This document shows positions 1-9,590 of a stretch of DNA of 64,000 nucleotides, in pieces. The position numbers and the translations under genes were made by a program. The stretch covers positions 7,680,001-7,744,000 of the forward strand of contig OZ250169.1 in the NCBI GenBank assembly GCA_965237955.1, given 5' to 3'. Positions within the stretch are counted from its first letter, which is position 1, and every line of letters begins with the position of its first letter. This DNA is from Candidatus Marinacidobacterales bacterium (GTDB lineage Bacteria > Acidobacteriota > Vicinamibacteria > Marinacidobacterales > SMYC01). Under the pieces are notes generated by a model. The model was not told where the DNA came from and searched no databases. It was given only the letters and a program-made list of their open reading frames with translations.

Positions 1-892
1 TGAGCGGCTCGGAGGGAGCTTCGAACTGCTCTTCCAAGATCTCGCGCAGGTGGATCAAGTCCGGCCGCAGCGAGCGGTAGTAGACGCGTTCGAGCGACGT
101 GCCTTGGAGTTTCTCCCGATAGTAAATCGCCGTCGGGATGACGTCCTGCAAGAGATCCTCCTCGCTGTAGGCGACCGGCGGTCCGTCCGACGCGCGCAGC
201 CCTAGGGTCCGGATCAACACCGGAACACCGCGCTCGCGCACCAGGCTCACGGTGAAGTACTCGCGCTCGACGTTGACGAAGAAATAGTCGGCGCCGGGGG
301 AGAGATTTTGCTCCGCGAGAGGGCTCAGGATGCGGAGGAGGCTAACGCTCGCGGGAACGACCAGCCCGATGTGAAAACCCAAATCGGTAAAAAAATCTTC
401 GTACTGGCTGACGACGGCTTCGTGCATGACGCCGGTGAGATAGGTCGGCGTCGCTGCGGCTAGGGGCTCGTAGGCGAGTCGTGCCTGGTCGACGTCGAAC
501 GGAAGCGATTTTTTGAGACGGAATTTCAAGACGTCGACGGTCTCGGCGCTCGAGCGCGGAGCCTCGGCGAGCTCTACCACGGACACGCGGGCGAGATAGT
601 CGGGAAGCGTCAACGCGATCCGCTTCGAGCCCGCGGCTCCGGAGCGAAGAAGCACGCTCTCGATGACTTGCGCCAACGTGTCGCCGTCGCGGATGTTGGG
701 CTCGAGCATGTTGAACTGCAAACAACCCGGCGGCAGCGGCGACGTCACGCACAGGTCGAGCTCGGCCTTACCTCGCTTGGCGGCGAGCCGCGCAAGCGAA
801 AGCTCGGTCGCGCGCAAGTCGAGGCCGAGGCCCGGAGGCTCGGGCTCGAGCAGCCAGCGCATGAGCGAACTTCGGGCAATGGGCTTCGACAT
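1..892 (-). CDS. pilM: PilM-like type IV pilus assembly protein (partial, runs off the window start)
   Basis: Hand-translated from ATG at 892: MSKPIARSSLMRWLLEPEPPGLGLDLRATELSLARL...RIALTLPDYLARVSVVEL...DVLKFRLKKSLPFDVDQARLAYE. It follows pilB by 3 bp. It is absent from the ORF track because no stop lies inside the window. Confidence 0.7.
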   Translation of the reverse strand, partial: MSKPIARSSLMRWLLEPEPPGLGLDLRATELSLARLAAKRGKAELDLCVTSPLPPGCLQFNMLEPNIRDGDTLAQVIESVLLRSGAAGSKRIALTLPDYLARVSVVELAEAPRSSAETVDVLKFRLKKSLPFDVDQARLAYEPLAAATPTYLTGVMHEAVVSQYEDFFTDLGFHIGLVVPASVSLLRILSPLAEQNLSPGADYFFVNVEREYFTVSLVRERGVPVLIRTLGLRASDGPPVAYSEEDLLQDVIPTAIYYREKLQGTSLERVYYRSLRPDLIHLREILEEQFEAPSEPL

Positions 893-895
893 GAT

Positions 896-2560
896 TCAGT
901 TCGTCTCCACGAAGGTGACGCGGTTGATCTCCTCGAGGGTCGAGTCGCCCGAAAGCGCTTGCGCGAGCGCCGACTCTCGGAGAAACACCATGCCCGACTT
1001 CTTGGCCGCGATCTTGATCTCTATCGCGGCACTCCGGTTGATGAGCATCTCGCGGATCTCGTCGCTCAAATCCAAGAGCTCGCTGATCGCGTGGCGGCCC
1101 TTGTAGCCGGTACCGGCGCATTGAATGCAGCCTTCGCCGCGGAAAAACGTATGTCCTCCGTACCGCTCCAGATTCAGCCCCGAATCTTCGAGCAGTGCGA
1201 TGTCGGCTTTGAACGGCCGCTTGCAGAACGGGCAGATGGTACGCACGAGTCTCTGCGCGAGGATGCAGTTGAGCGAGGACACGAAGTTGTAGGCCTCGAC
1301 GCCCATGTTCAGAAAACGTCCGATGACGTCGATGACGTTGTTGGCGTGTACGGTGGTGAACACGAGATGCCCCGTGAGCGCGGCGCTGATGGCAATTTGC
1401 GCGGTCTCGGAATCGCGGATCTCTCCGACCATGACTTTGTCGGGGTCGTGGCGCAGGATCGATCGCAGCCCGCGGGAAAACGTGAGGCCTTTTTTCTCGT
1501 TCACCGGAATCTGGGTGATGCCTACGAGCTGGTACTCGACCGGGTCTTCGATGGTAATGATCTTATCTTCTTCGTTGTAGATCTCCGAAAGCGCCGCGTA
1601 GAGCGTCGTCGTCTTGCCGCTTCCGGTCGGGCCGGTGACGAGGAACATCCCGTAGGGCTCGTGGATGAACCGGCGGATGCGTTTCACTTCGTCGTCGGCG
1701 AAGCCGAGGATGTCGAGCCGGAGCTCGCTGAAACGCTCGCTGATCGATTCCTTGTCGAGGATACGGATGACAGCGTCTTCGCCGTGGATGCTGGGCATGA
1801 TCGAGACGCGAAAATCGATGCGGCGGCCCTTGACCTTGAGACGAAAGCGACCGTCTTGCGGGACTCTCTTCTCCGCAATATCGAGCTCCGACATGACTTT
1901 GATGCGGCTGATGATCTCCGAGTGGTGCGCCTTGGGGATGGGCTTCATCGCCCGCGTCAGGGCACCGTCGATGCGGTACTTGATGACGACTTCTTCGTCC
2001 CGGGTCTCGATGTGAATATCCGAGGCACGTCGGTTGAGGGCGTTGTAGACCGCGGAGTCGATGAGGCGGATGATGGGAGACGACGTGTCGGTGAGCCGGT
2101 CGATGGAAAGAGTCTCTTCGCCGTCATCATCCTCCCGGATGATCTCCATGTGGAAGCTCTCAGATGCTTCTTCGAGCACGCGCTGTGCGCTCTGGCTTTT
2201 CTTCAGGAGCTCCTGGATGGCGGAATCCGTTCCCACGGCCGCCCGCACCGGCATCTTCAGAATTCCGGCGAGCTCGTCCATGACGGGGACGTTGGTCGGA
2301 TCCGCGGTGACGACGACGAGCTTCCCGTCTTCTTTTTTGTACGGGAGGAAGTTGTAGCGGAACATCAAGTCCACGGGAACACTGCGGAACAGATCCTGGT
2401 CGGGCTGAAAGCTCGTGAGGTCGATGAACTCGAGCCGGCATCGCGCGGCGAGACGTTTGGCGTCGTCGAGCTCTCTGTTCTGGGCTTGTTCCGGAGTGAG
2501 CGACGCGCCTTTTGGGTCGAGCTCGGGGACGAAGTTGTCGGCGTCGAGGTGGCTTGCCAT
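896..2560 (-). CDS. pilB: GspE/PilB family secretion/pilus assembly ATPase
   Basis: ASDIHIE, RxDG, LDIAEKRVPQDGR, Walker A GPTGSGKTTT, TIEDPVE, LRHDPD, TGHLVFTTVH and two CxxC zinc motifs. Confidence 0.95.
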   Translation of the reverse strand: MASHLDADNFVPELDPKGASLTPEQAQNRELDDAKRLAARCRLEFIDLTSFQPDQDLFRSVPVDLMFRYNFLPYKKEDGKLVVVTADPTNVPVMDELAGILKMPVRAAVGTDSAIQELLKKSQSAQRVLEEASESFHMEIIREDDDGEETLSIDRLTDTSSPIIRLIDSAVYNALNRRASDIHIETRDEEVVIKYRIDGALTRAMKPIPKAHHSEIISRIKVMSELDIAEKRVPQDGRFRLKVKGRRIDFRVSIMPSIHGEDAVIRILDKESISERFSELRLDILGFADDEVKRIRRFIHEPYGMFLVTGPTGSGKTTTLYAALSEIYNEEDKIITIEDPVEYQLVGITQIPVNEKKGLTFSRGLRSILRHDPDKVMVGEIRDSETAQIAISAALTGHLVFTTVHANNVIDVIGRFLNMGVEAYNFVSSLNCILAQRLVRTICPFCKRPFKADIALLEDSGLNLERYGGHTFFRGEGCIQCAGTGYKGRHAISELLDLSDEIREMLINRSAAIEIKIAAKKSGMVFLRESALAQALSGDSTLEEINRVTFVETN

Positions 2561-2567
2561 AACGCGT

Positions 2568-3788
2568 CTACATTCCCGAGCGGGCCGCGTTGATCAGATC
2601 GAACATCGGTAAATAGATCGCGAGAAGGATCATAGCGACGAGGCCGCCCATGAACATGAGTACTACCGGCGCCAGCATCGACAGCATCAGGTTCAATCGG
2701 TTGTCGATCTCCTCGTCGGCGAAATCGGCGACGTTTTCGAGCATGTCCGCGAGCCCTCCGGTGTTCTCGCCCACTTTCACCATCTCGATGGTCAAGTTCG
2801 AGAACTCGCCCGTCTCGTCGAGGCTCGACGAGAACGCTTTGCCTTCGCGCACGCGGTCGGCCACGGGGATGACGGCCCCGCCGATGTGGCGATTGCCGAT
2901 CGAGCCCGCGGAAATGTCGATGGCCTGGACGAGGGGGATGCCGCCGCTCAAAAGCGTCGCGAGCGAGCGCGTCAGCTGGGATGTCGCGAACAAATGGAGG
3001 ATGTGTCCGAGAAACGGGAGCTTCAACAAAAAACGGTCGATGACCGCGTTCGAGCCGGGGCGCTTCGACCACGCATAGAAGAACGCGCCCGCGCCGGCGA
3101 CGATGATGAGGATGATCAGAATATGGTCGCGCAGCGTTTGCGCGACCGTGAGCAGAATAACGGTCAGGATCGGGAGCTCGGCATCGAAGCCTTCGAAAAA
3201 TCCGGCGAAGCGGGGGATGACCCAGAGCAGGAGAAACGCCGCGGCGCACACGAGCGTGCCAAAGAGAAACGCCGGATAGACGAGCGCCGCGACCACTTTC
3301 TTGCGCGTGGCCTCGCTGAGCTTGAGGTATTGGACGTAGCGTGCGATGACGGTCTCGAGGCCGCCGCTTTTCTCGCCGGCAACGAGCGAGGCGGAGTAGA
3401 TGTGCGGGAACAGGTCACCGTGGGAGCGGAACGCGTCGGAGAGAGCGGTCCCCGATTTGACTTTGTTCCGGATATCCGTGAGCACCCGATTGAACAGCGG
3501 GTTCTTCATGCGCTCGAGCATGATGTCGAGCGATTGCAAAAGCGGCAGCCCGGCGCGTAGCAGCGCCGCGAGCTCCTGGTTGAACAAGGTAAACTCGGTG
3601 TGGGTGATGCGCTCGCGGGCACTGAAGGGGTTTCGGAGGGCGCCGAACCCGAAGCTCTTCCGGACCCAAAAGACGTGGAAGCCCTTGTCTTGAAGCTCGT
3701 CGCGCAGGACGCTTTCGCTGTCCGCGGTCAGAGCTAGCTCCTCGATGTCACCGGCAAGCGTTCCCACCTTGGCGAGGAACTGCGTCAT
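2568..3788 (-). CDS. pilC: GspF/PilC family inner-membrane platform protein
   Basis: FNQELAALLRAGLPLLQSL, AGEKSG, ALVYP and GENTG motifs, with C-terminal AIYLPMF. Upstream of pilB in the same operon. Confidence 0.93.
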   Translation of the reverse strand: MTQFLAKVGTLAGDIEELALTADSESVLRDELQDKGFHVFWVRKSFGFGALRNPFSARERITHTEFTLFNQELAALLRAGLPLLQSLDIMLERMKNPLFNRVLTDIRNKVKSGTALSDAFRSHGDLFPHIYSASLVAGEKSGGLETVIARYVQYLKLSEATRKKVVAALVYPAFLFGTLVCAAAFLLLWVIPRFAGFFEGFDAELPILTVILLTVAQTLRDHILIILIIVAGAGAFFYAWSKRPGSNAVIDRFLLKLPFLGHILHLFATSQLTRSLATLLSGGIPLVQAIDISAGSIGNRHIGGAVIPVADRVREGKAFSSSLDETGEFSNLTIEMVKVGENTGGLADMLENVADFADEEIDNRLNLMLSMLAPVVLMFMGGLVAMILLAIYLPMFDLINAARSGM

Positions 3789-3977
3789 TCTCGCAAGTCT
3801 CCCTGCGCCCCGCGCGCGGCACGCGCGACCATAAGATCTGATTCACCGTGGGTTTACGGGGCAGAAGTTAAAGTATAGTATACCATATTAGGGCGATACG
3901 GCCCCGGAGCCAAGGGTCTCCATCACGCTCTCAAAAGATACCCCTCGACACCGATTTTCTTCCAAGGTTATGACCCG

Positions 3978-4523
3978 TTGGGCAAAAAAAGGACTAAATC
4001 CGCCAAGTCTCGAGCTCCGGGCAAATCGGCCAGGCCGGACAGGCCAGACAAGCCAGACAAGGGTGGCAAGAGTGAAAAAGTAGTCGCCGAGAACCGGAAG
4101 GCGCGCCACAGCTACGAGCTCCTCGAGCGGCTCGAGGCCGGGCTCGTTCTCGTCGGCACCGAAGTGAAGTCGGCGCGCGCGGGCGGGGTGAACCTCAAGG
4201 ACAGCTACGCCTCGGTGCGGGGTGGGGAGCTCTTTCTGATGCAGGCCCACATCAACCCCTATTCCCACGGTACCCACGAGAATCACGAAGCGCTGCGGCC
4301 GCGAAAGCTCCTACTTTCGAAGCGCGAGCTCCGGCGATGGATTGGCAAGATCAACGAGCGCGGGTTCACCGTCGTGCCCATCCGAATGTACTTCAAAACA
4401 GGGAAACTGAAGGTCGAGCTCGCCCTCGCGCGCGGCAAGCGTTTACACGACCGCCGAGCGGCCGCCAAAGAGCGCGACATCGAACGAGACGTTCAGGCCG
4501 AGTTGAAGGAGAGAAACCGGTAA
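3978..4523 (+). CDS. smpB: SsrA-binding protein SmpB with a basic N-terminal extension
   Basis: NRKARHSY, EAGLVLVGTEVKS, RPRKLLL and LARGKRLHDRR motifs. The exact start is uncertain (TTG 3978). Confidence 0.95.
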   Translation: MGKKRTKSAKSRAPGKSARPDRPDKPDKGGKSEKVVAENRKARHSYELLERLEAGLVLVGTEVKSARAGGVNLKDSYASVRGGELFLMQAHINPYSHGTHENHEALRPRKLLLSKRELRRWIGKINERGFTVVPIRMYFKTGKLKVELALARGKRLHDRRAAAKERDIERDVQAELKERNR

Positions 4524-4526
4524 GGG

Positions 4527-4853
4527 TCAATCGTGGTCCGAGGAAGGATTCGTTTCTTCGGATTCTTTATAGAGGTACTTGATGTTGTGTTTCAGTAGCA
4601 CGAGATTCGGCCGGTTGTTGCGATTCAGCTTGAGGCAGTTCTTGTCGTACCATTCGATGACGCCGCGGATCTCTTCGCCGTCTTGCAAGACCACCACCAT
4701 GGGGGTCTTGCTGTTCATTTGCTTGAGGTAGTAGAAACTCTCCGCGTTCGTCTGCTCGGGGGGCACCCGTTTCGTACTACTACGAGGTCCGCCCTTGGGC
4801 CCCATCTGATCTTTCAGATCGGCCAGGTTCGGCCGAATCAGCTTGCGATTCAC
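4527..4853 (-). CDS. hfq: Hfq/Sm-like RNA chaperone (Acidobacteria-type, N-terminally extended)
   Basis: Sm1/Sm2-like pattern [35 protein letters not shown]...[19 protein letters not shown] precedes the GTG start. Confidence 0.8.
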   Translation of the reverse strand: MNRKLIRPNLADLKDQMGPKGGPRSSTKRVPPEQTNAESFYYLKQMNSKTPMVVVLQDGEEIRGVIEWYDKNCLKLNRNNRPNLVLLKHNIKYLYKESEETNPSSDHD

Positions 4854-5027
4854 GGATTTACCTCGGGTTTCCCCATCCCAAAGCTCTGACGAGAACCCCT
4901 CTACCGCTGGGCGGCGAAACTTCTAGCAGCCGTTGAAGCGTGGCCACCGACGCGCCCGGTCCCGCCTCGAATCCGGCCGGAGAAACCTTCGGTAGGCTCG
5001 TTTCAGAGATATAGCACTGAGAAACTA

Positions 5028-6210
5028 GTCCCATGGAACAGAAAAAGCTAGACAACACCGGCCCTTCTGTGATCTGCTAAATGCATGAAACACAAGGGCC
5101 GGCGAAAAGCCGAATTGAAGCTGTCGTCTCAAGAAAGCGAAGCGCTGACGCGACTGGCGCGACGCAGCCGTAGTTCGCCGCACCAAGCCTTCCGAGCGAA
5201 GATCGTGCTGGATTGCGCGGCGGGTCTGACGAATATGGAAGTTGCTAGGAAGATGCACACCATGAGGAGCACGGTGGGCAAGTGGCGAAGACGCTTTGTA
5301 GAACAACGAATGGAAGGGTTGTACGACGAACCTCGGCCGGGAGCGGCTCGCAAAATCGGCGATGACCAGATCGAGGAAGTCGTGACCAAGACGCTGGAGA
5401 CGACTCCAAAGGGGAGAACCCATTGGAGTACGCGCTCGATGGCCAAGCATCTTGGGCTGAGTCATTCGACGATTGGACGTATTTGGCGAACGTTCGGGCT
5501 TCAACCGCACCGCTCGGAATCGTTTCGTCTCTCGCAAGACCCACAACTGGTCGAAAAAGTACGCGACGTTGTTGGCCTGTATATGAACCCACCGGATAAC
5601 GCGGTCGTCCTGTGCGTCGACGAGAAATCGCAGATTCAAGCGCTCGAGCGTGCTCAACCTGTCCTGCCCATGAGCTTGGGCCAGCCCGAGCGACAAACCC
5701 ACGACTACATTCGGCATGGAACGACTGACCTGTTTGCCGCACTCGACGCCGCAACAGGTGAAGTCTTCGGAAAGTGCTACGCGCGACATCGAGCGCTAGA
5801 GTTCAAGAAGTTCCTCGCTGAGATCGAAGCAGCCGTTCCCAGCGAGTTGGACATCCACGTCGTGCTCGACAATCTCGCCACGCACAAGACACCGGCGATC
5901 AAATGCTGGCTTTCCAAGCGACCTCGGTTCCACTTTCACTTCACACCGACACACGCCTCTTGGCTCAACTTCGCTGAGCGCTTCTTTGGCTTGCTCACCG
6001 AACACGCCTTGCGACGAGGCTCGCACACGAGCGTGCCTCAGCTCCGCGTTGCGATACAAGACTATCTCGATGCTCACAACGAGAACCCAAAGCCGTTCAA
6101 GTGGACGAAATCCGCCGACCAAATCCTCGAAACCATCGCTCGGTTCGCCCAGCGAACGCTCGATACACATGACAAATCGAATTTGGACAGTAATTAAAGA
6201 TCCAGGGGAC
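5028..6210 (+). mobile_element. Complete IS630-family insertion sequence
   Basis: Terminal inverted repeats GTCCCATGGAAC (from 5028) and GATCCAGGGGAC (to 6210). TA is duplicated at 5026-5027 and 6211-6212, both in CTAG context. Confidence 0.92.
5085..6197 (+). CDS. IS630-family DDE transposase
   Basis: HTH region, [39 protein letters not shown] and TPTHASWLN motifs. Confidence 0.95.
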   Translation: MKHKGRRKAELKLSSQESEALTRLARRSRSSPHQAFRAKIVLDCAAGLTNMEVARKMHTMRSTVGKWRRRFVEQRMEGLYDEPRPGAARKIGDDQIEEVVTKTLETTPKGRTHWSTRSMAKHLGLSHSTIGRIWRTFGLQPHRSESFRLSQDPQLVEKVRDVVGLYMNPPDNAVVLCVDEKSQIQALERAQPVLPMSLGQPERQTHDYIRHGTTDLFAALDAATGEVFGKCYARHRALEFKKFLAEIEAAVPSELDIHVVLDNLATHKTPAIKCWLSKRPRFHFHFTPTHASWLNFAERFFGLLTEHALRRGSHTSVPQLRVAIQDYLDAHNENPKPFKWTKSADQILETIARFAQRTLDTHDKSNLDSN

Positions 6211-6265
6211 TAGCGATATTGAATTCAGTCTAACACAGCTATCGGCTGAAAGCAGCCCGCCTTCG

Positions 6266-7291
6266 CTAGTAGCTAGCCCTGCGCGAAGGCGGACTGGCGA
6301 CTGGCGGCGGCGGCCGGATCGCGGCGAGCGAAGCGAGCAGGCAGGACGTCGTAATCCTTTTATTTAGATAACGATCGCGCAAGTCCTGGAGGGATTGTTC
6401 GGCGAGGTGGTAGGCATGAAGCCAAACGGGAAGGGGTGCGCCAGAGGCCAGCTTTTCGATCTCGGGTTCGAGGTCTCGATGCACGATCGCTCCGCCTCCG
6501 AGCGTCGTTACGACGTCACGGACGATGCCGATGACGAGGTGCAGGAGCAGCAGCAGACGATCGTCTTTGGCCAGTTGGTCCGCCCAGGGCACCATATCTT
6601 GCTCGCGCGCCCCGTCGACGACGACGCTCGCGACCCGAAGCGCCTCGTTGCGAACGTCGACGAGGGATTCTTCTTCCAGCTCGAGTGCTTTTAGCAGGCT
6701 ACCCCCGGAGAGGGCGGCAAGAAGCGTGGCTCGTTCGCGATCCATCTCGTGTTGGGCGACGAGCTGGTCGATGAGATCGTCGATCGCGAGAGGTGCAAAT
6801 CGATAGATCTGGCACCGTGACAGGATCGTCGGCAGGAGCGCGGCTGCGTTCGAGGTAATGAGGATGAGGATGACCCACGCCGGGGGCTCTTCGAGTGTTT
6901 TGAGGAGCGTATTGGCAGCGGTGGGATTCATGCGCTCGGCGTCGACGAAGATGGAAACGCGCCGGCGTCCTTCGAACGGCCGGAAAGGCGATTCGCTGAC
7001 GACTTGCCGCACGCTTTCGGCCTTGAGCTGGCGACCGGCCCCCTCGGGCCGCGCGATGCGTACGTCCGGATGCTCGCCCCGCCCGGTGCGCACGCATGCC
7101 GAGCACTCGCCACACGCATCTCCGGTCAACGTCAGGCAATTCTGAGCCTGGGCGAGCGTCAGCGCGGCCTCGAGCTTCCCGACACCGGGGGGACCGGCAA
7201 AGAGAAGGCTCGGCGGCACGGTGTCCGCGGCCGCCATTCGAGCCAACCGCGAAACGAGAGCGCGGTTGCCGACTAAGGATTCAAAGGGCAT
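6266..7291 (-). CDS. holB: DNA polymerase III subunit delta'
   Basis: LLFAGPPGVGK, ACGECSAC zinc motif, HPD, AANTLLKTLEEPP and LLPTILSRC. Lies downstream of tmk. Confidence 0.93.
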   Translation of the reverse strand: MPFESLVGNRALVSRLARMAAADTVPPSLLFAGPPGVGKLEAALTLAQAQNCLTLTGDACGECSACVRTGRGEHPDVRIARPEGAGRQLKAESVRQVVSESPFRPFEGRRRVSIFVDAERMNPTAANTLLKTLEEPPAWVILILITSNAAALLPTILSRCQIYRFAPLAIDDLIDQLVAQHEMDRERATLLAALSGGSLLKALELEEESLVDVRNEALRVASVVVDGAREQDMVPWADQLAKDDRLLLLLHLVIGIVRDVVTTLGGGAIVHRDLEPEIEKLASGAPLPVWLHAYHLAEQSLQDLRDRYLNKRITTSCLLASLAAIRPPPPVASPPSRRASY

Positions 7292-7367
7292 GGGGTTTTA
7301 ATTTAGCTCAATTCAGCAGGACCGTGCTTGATACGACGACTCAACTTTCCCGGCACGGCGTGGTGTG

Positions 7368-7392
7368 AACTGAATGCTGGATGCTGGATGCC
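7368..7392. repeat. Short intergenic heptamer repeat (ATGCTGG)n; 18 bp identical to 38947-38964
   Basis: AACTGAATGCTGGATGCT occurs at 7368-7385 and at 38947-38964, each at the 3' end of a minus-strand gene. Confidence 0.6.
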
Positions 7393-7401
7393 ACAGCGTT
7401 C

Positions 7402-8061
7402 TCACAGTTTCCCAGTCTTCTTAAGAGCGATCCACAATGCCTCGTGGACTTCGGCTGTCGTTGCCAGGGCGCTTACCGTCACGTACCGCTCGGGTTCGCG
7501 CTTGGCCATCTTCGCGTATCCCTTGCGTACTCGGTTGTGGAACGCGAGCTCTTCCTCTTCGAAGCGGCCTTCTCTGCCGTGCGAGACACTTTCCTTGTTC
7601 CGGCGGCGCGCGCGACGGAGTCCCTCTTCGGCGGGAAGGTCTAAAAGCAGGGTGACGTGAGGTCGAAACCCGCCGGTCATGATCCGATCGAGCGAGCGGA
7701 TTAACCGAAGGGAGAGGCCTCGGCCGTAGCCTTGGTAGGCGAGGGTCGAGTCGGTGAAGCGATCGCACACGACGATCCGCCCGGCCTCGAGTGCCGGCCA
7801 CACCACCTCGCGCAGGTGCTGAGCCCGATCGGAAAAATAGAGCCCCAGCTCGCTCTCAGCGCACAAACGGTGGTTCTTTGGGCTCAGAACGACCTGGCGG
7901 ATCTGGCGCCCGATCGCGGTCGCGCCGGGCTCACGCGTGAGAACACAGTCGTAACCGTGTGCACGAAGTCGCTTCGCCAGCCGCGAAGCTTGAGTCGACT
8001 TCCCCGTCCCTTCGATGCCTTCGAGAGTAATAAAAATGCTCAAGCATTCGGAAGATAGCAT
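7402..8061 (-). CDS. tmk: Thymidylate kinase
   Basis: FITLEGIEGTGKSTQ, TREPG and CDRFTDSTLAYQGYGRG motifs. Confidence 0.95.
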   Translation of the reverse strand: MLSSECLSIFITLEGIEGTGKSTQASRLAKRLRAHGYDCVLTREPGATAIGRQIRQVVLSPKNHRLCAESELGLYFSDRAQHLREVVWPALEAGRIVVCDRFTDSTLAYQGYGRGLSLRLIRSLDRIMTGGFRPHVTLLLDLPAEEGLRRARRRNKESVSHGREGRFEEEELAFHNRVRKGYAKMAKREPERYVTVSALATTAEVHEALWIALKKTGKL

Positions 8062-8069
8062 AGCTGTGC

Positions 8070-8203
8070 GCCGTCGGCCATCAGCCGTCGGCCATCAGCT
8101 GCCCGGAGTTGTGCTGAGCCACCAGCTAAACGCAGCTCGGGGCTGAGTTTGAGCTTCCAACTTTGGCAAAGCTGAGGCCTGCTGATGGCTGACGGCCGAT
8201 GGC
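8070..8203. repeat. REP-like intergenic element built from inverted heptamer arrays (GCCRTCR)n
   Basis: GCCGTCG GCCATCA GCCGTCG GCCATCA at 8070-8097 and the inverted GCTGATG GCTGACG GCCGATG GC at 8181-8203. Confidence 0.7.
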
Positions 8204-8209
8204 AGCGTT

Positions 8210-9358
8210 CTAAACTGCAGTCCCCGCCAACATAGCCAAGTATCTGTGCGACGAGTTCAGAAGCAGAGAACTAGCCAACGTGACCGGCTGGCTTCGGTCG
8301 GTGATGAGCGCGATACCCTCTTCGGTTTCGCGGATGCATTTCACGATCAGGTAGAAGTTCTCGGTGCTCATGGAGAGGATCTCCATGTGGTCGTCGCTGC
8401 GCATGGCCGCGAGGTTCTCGAGGTATTTCACGAATGCGGGGAGTTTGTCGACGATGAGGCGATCGGCGGTCTCTTCGGGTGCGGTCACGAGCTCCGCGTC
8501 GATCTCCTCGGTTTGCAAGTCGAAGAAGAATGCAGCCAGAAGTGACGGCGTTTGGTCGTGGATCTCCGCCAGGATCTGCTCTTGCAGCGGCGTCCGATCC
8601 ATCGTCTTTTCGGGCTCCGTCGGTGGCACGATCTCGGAGACCGGCTCGCGCAGCTGCCCCTCCGCGGGAACGGTTGCGTCGCCTGGGTCGACGACGGGGC
8701 GCCTCGATTCGAGAAGCTCCTGGAGACGGCTGGCGCGACCCTTGGTGCCGCCTTGCTGGCGCGATTTCCAGATGTCCGGCGAAAAGTCGGATTGAAAGAC
8801 CTGGGCGACGGTCTCGTCGCGATCCAAGAGCTCGTAGATTTTGTTGAGAGCCTCTTTCTTCTCGAACGTGACTCCAGCTTCTGTCTCGAAGTAAGCGGTG
8901 GAAAAACGGCCGCGGACCTGGAGGATCATCCCGGTGCCTTTGCTGGTGAGCACCTCGAGAGAGCCGGTGTGGCCTTCGGATTTGAGCTTTGCGGTCAACT
9001 CTTTGAGCGGATCCGACGCGAAGATCTGTCCGAATATTTCCTTGCGGTTCGAAAGCCCTCTTAGCATGTGCGCCATGTCGAGGGGGAGCTCGTAGATCGA
9101 GATCTTGCCTTCCTTCAATTGCGCGGTGTTGCGGAGCTTGAGGGTGGCCTCGCCGGCGAGGAAGATCTTGTTGCCTTGACGATAAATAATGTTGATCTGC
9201 TCTCCCAGGTAGAAAAGAAGGAGTCCTTCGGCATCGCCGAACGCAATCTCCATGTAGCCCGAGAGGTTGACGTCTTCGCAGTGACGGATAATGCTGTCGA
9301 ACGGCGTCGTCTCGGTGGACAGGTCCTGAGAGAGTAGCTTGCTACCGGGAAACCGCAT
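8210..9358 (-). CDS. Hypothetical protein: two tandem DUF4388/PATAN-like domains plus a C-terminal Roadblock/LC7-like domain
   Basis: Two similar units (LSGYMEIAFGDAEGLLLFYLGE and HTGSLEVLTSKGTGMILQVRGR), a Pro/Glu linker, then a roadblock-like alpha/beta pattern (ILAEIHDQTPSLLAAFFFD...ILSMSTENFYLIVKCI...IALITD). The start is inferred at ATG 9358. Confidence 0.6.
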   Translation of the reverse strand: MRFPGSKLLSQDLSTETTPFDSIIRHCEDVNLSGYMEIAFGDAEGLLLFYLGEQINIIYRQGNKIFLAGEATLKLRNTAQLKEGKISIYELPLDMAHMLRGLSNRKEIFGQIFASDPLKELTAKLKSEGHTGSLEVLTSKGTGMILQVRGRFSTAYFETEAGVTFEKKEALNKIYELLDRDETVAQVFQSDFSPDIWKSRQQGGTKGRASRLQELLESRRPVVDPGDATVPAEGQLREPVSEIVPPTEPEKTMDRTPLQEQILAEIHDQTPSLLAAFFFDLQTEEIDAELVTAPEETADRLIVDKLPAFVKYLENLAAMRSDDHMEILSMSTENFYLIVKCIRETEEGIALITDRSQPVTLASSLLLNSSHRYLAMLAGTAV

Positions 9359-9590
9359 ATTAGACTCTAGTTCTAGTGCTTCGTCGCACGTCGTTCGCGC
9401 GCAGGAACCTCGAGTTGATTGGACAGAATGAACCCGTGTGAAAAGCATAACAGAGGCGTTGGAAAGCCAGCAACTGACCTTGCGTCAGGGGTTCGAAGGG
9501 TTTCGTGATAGGATCAAAGAATCTTGGTTCCGGTGACGGAACGTTGAGCAACCCAAACAAAATCTTAGGCAATCGGTTGAGATACGCCTG

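Noticed and set aside
668-2593. 641-aa plus-strand ORF, and similar long ORFs at 18205-20010, 41187-42401, 54641-56500, 58426-60027 and 61896-63956
   Set aside because: These are antisense shadows of well-supported genes, typical of GC-rich codon usage, and have no recognisable motifs.
3790-5025. tmRNA (ssrA) near smpB
   Set aside because: No tRNA-like GGGG...TTCGA.TCCC...CCA ends or tag reading frame were recognised.
8070-8203. CRISPR array or tRNA
   Set aside because: The units are 7-bp tandem repeats with no unique spacers, there are no cas genes, and no cloverleaf or T-loop motif is present.
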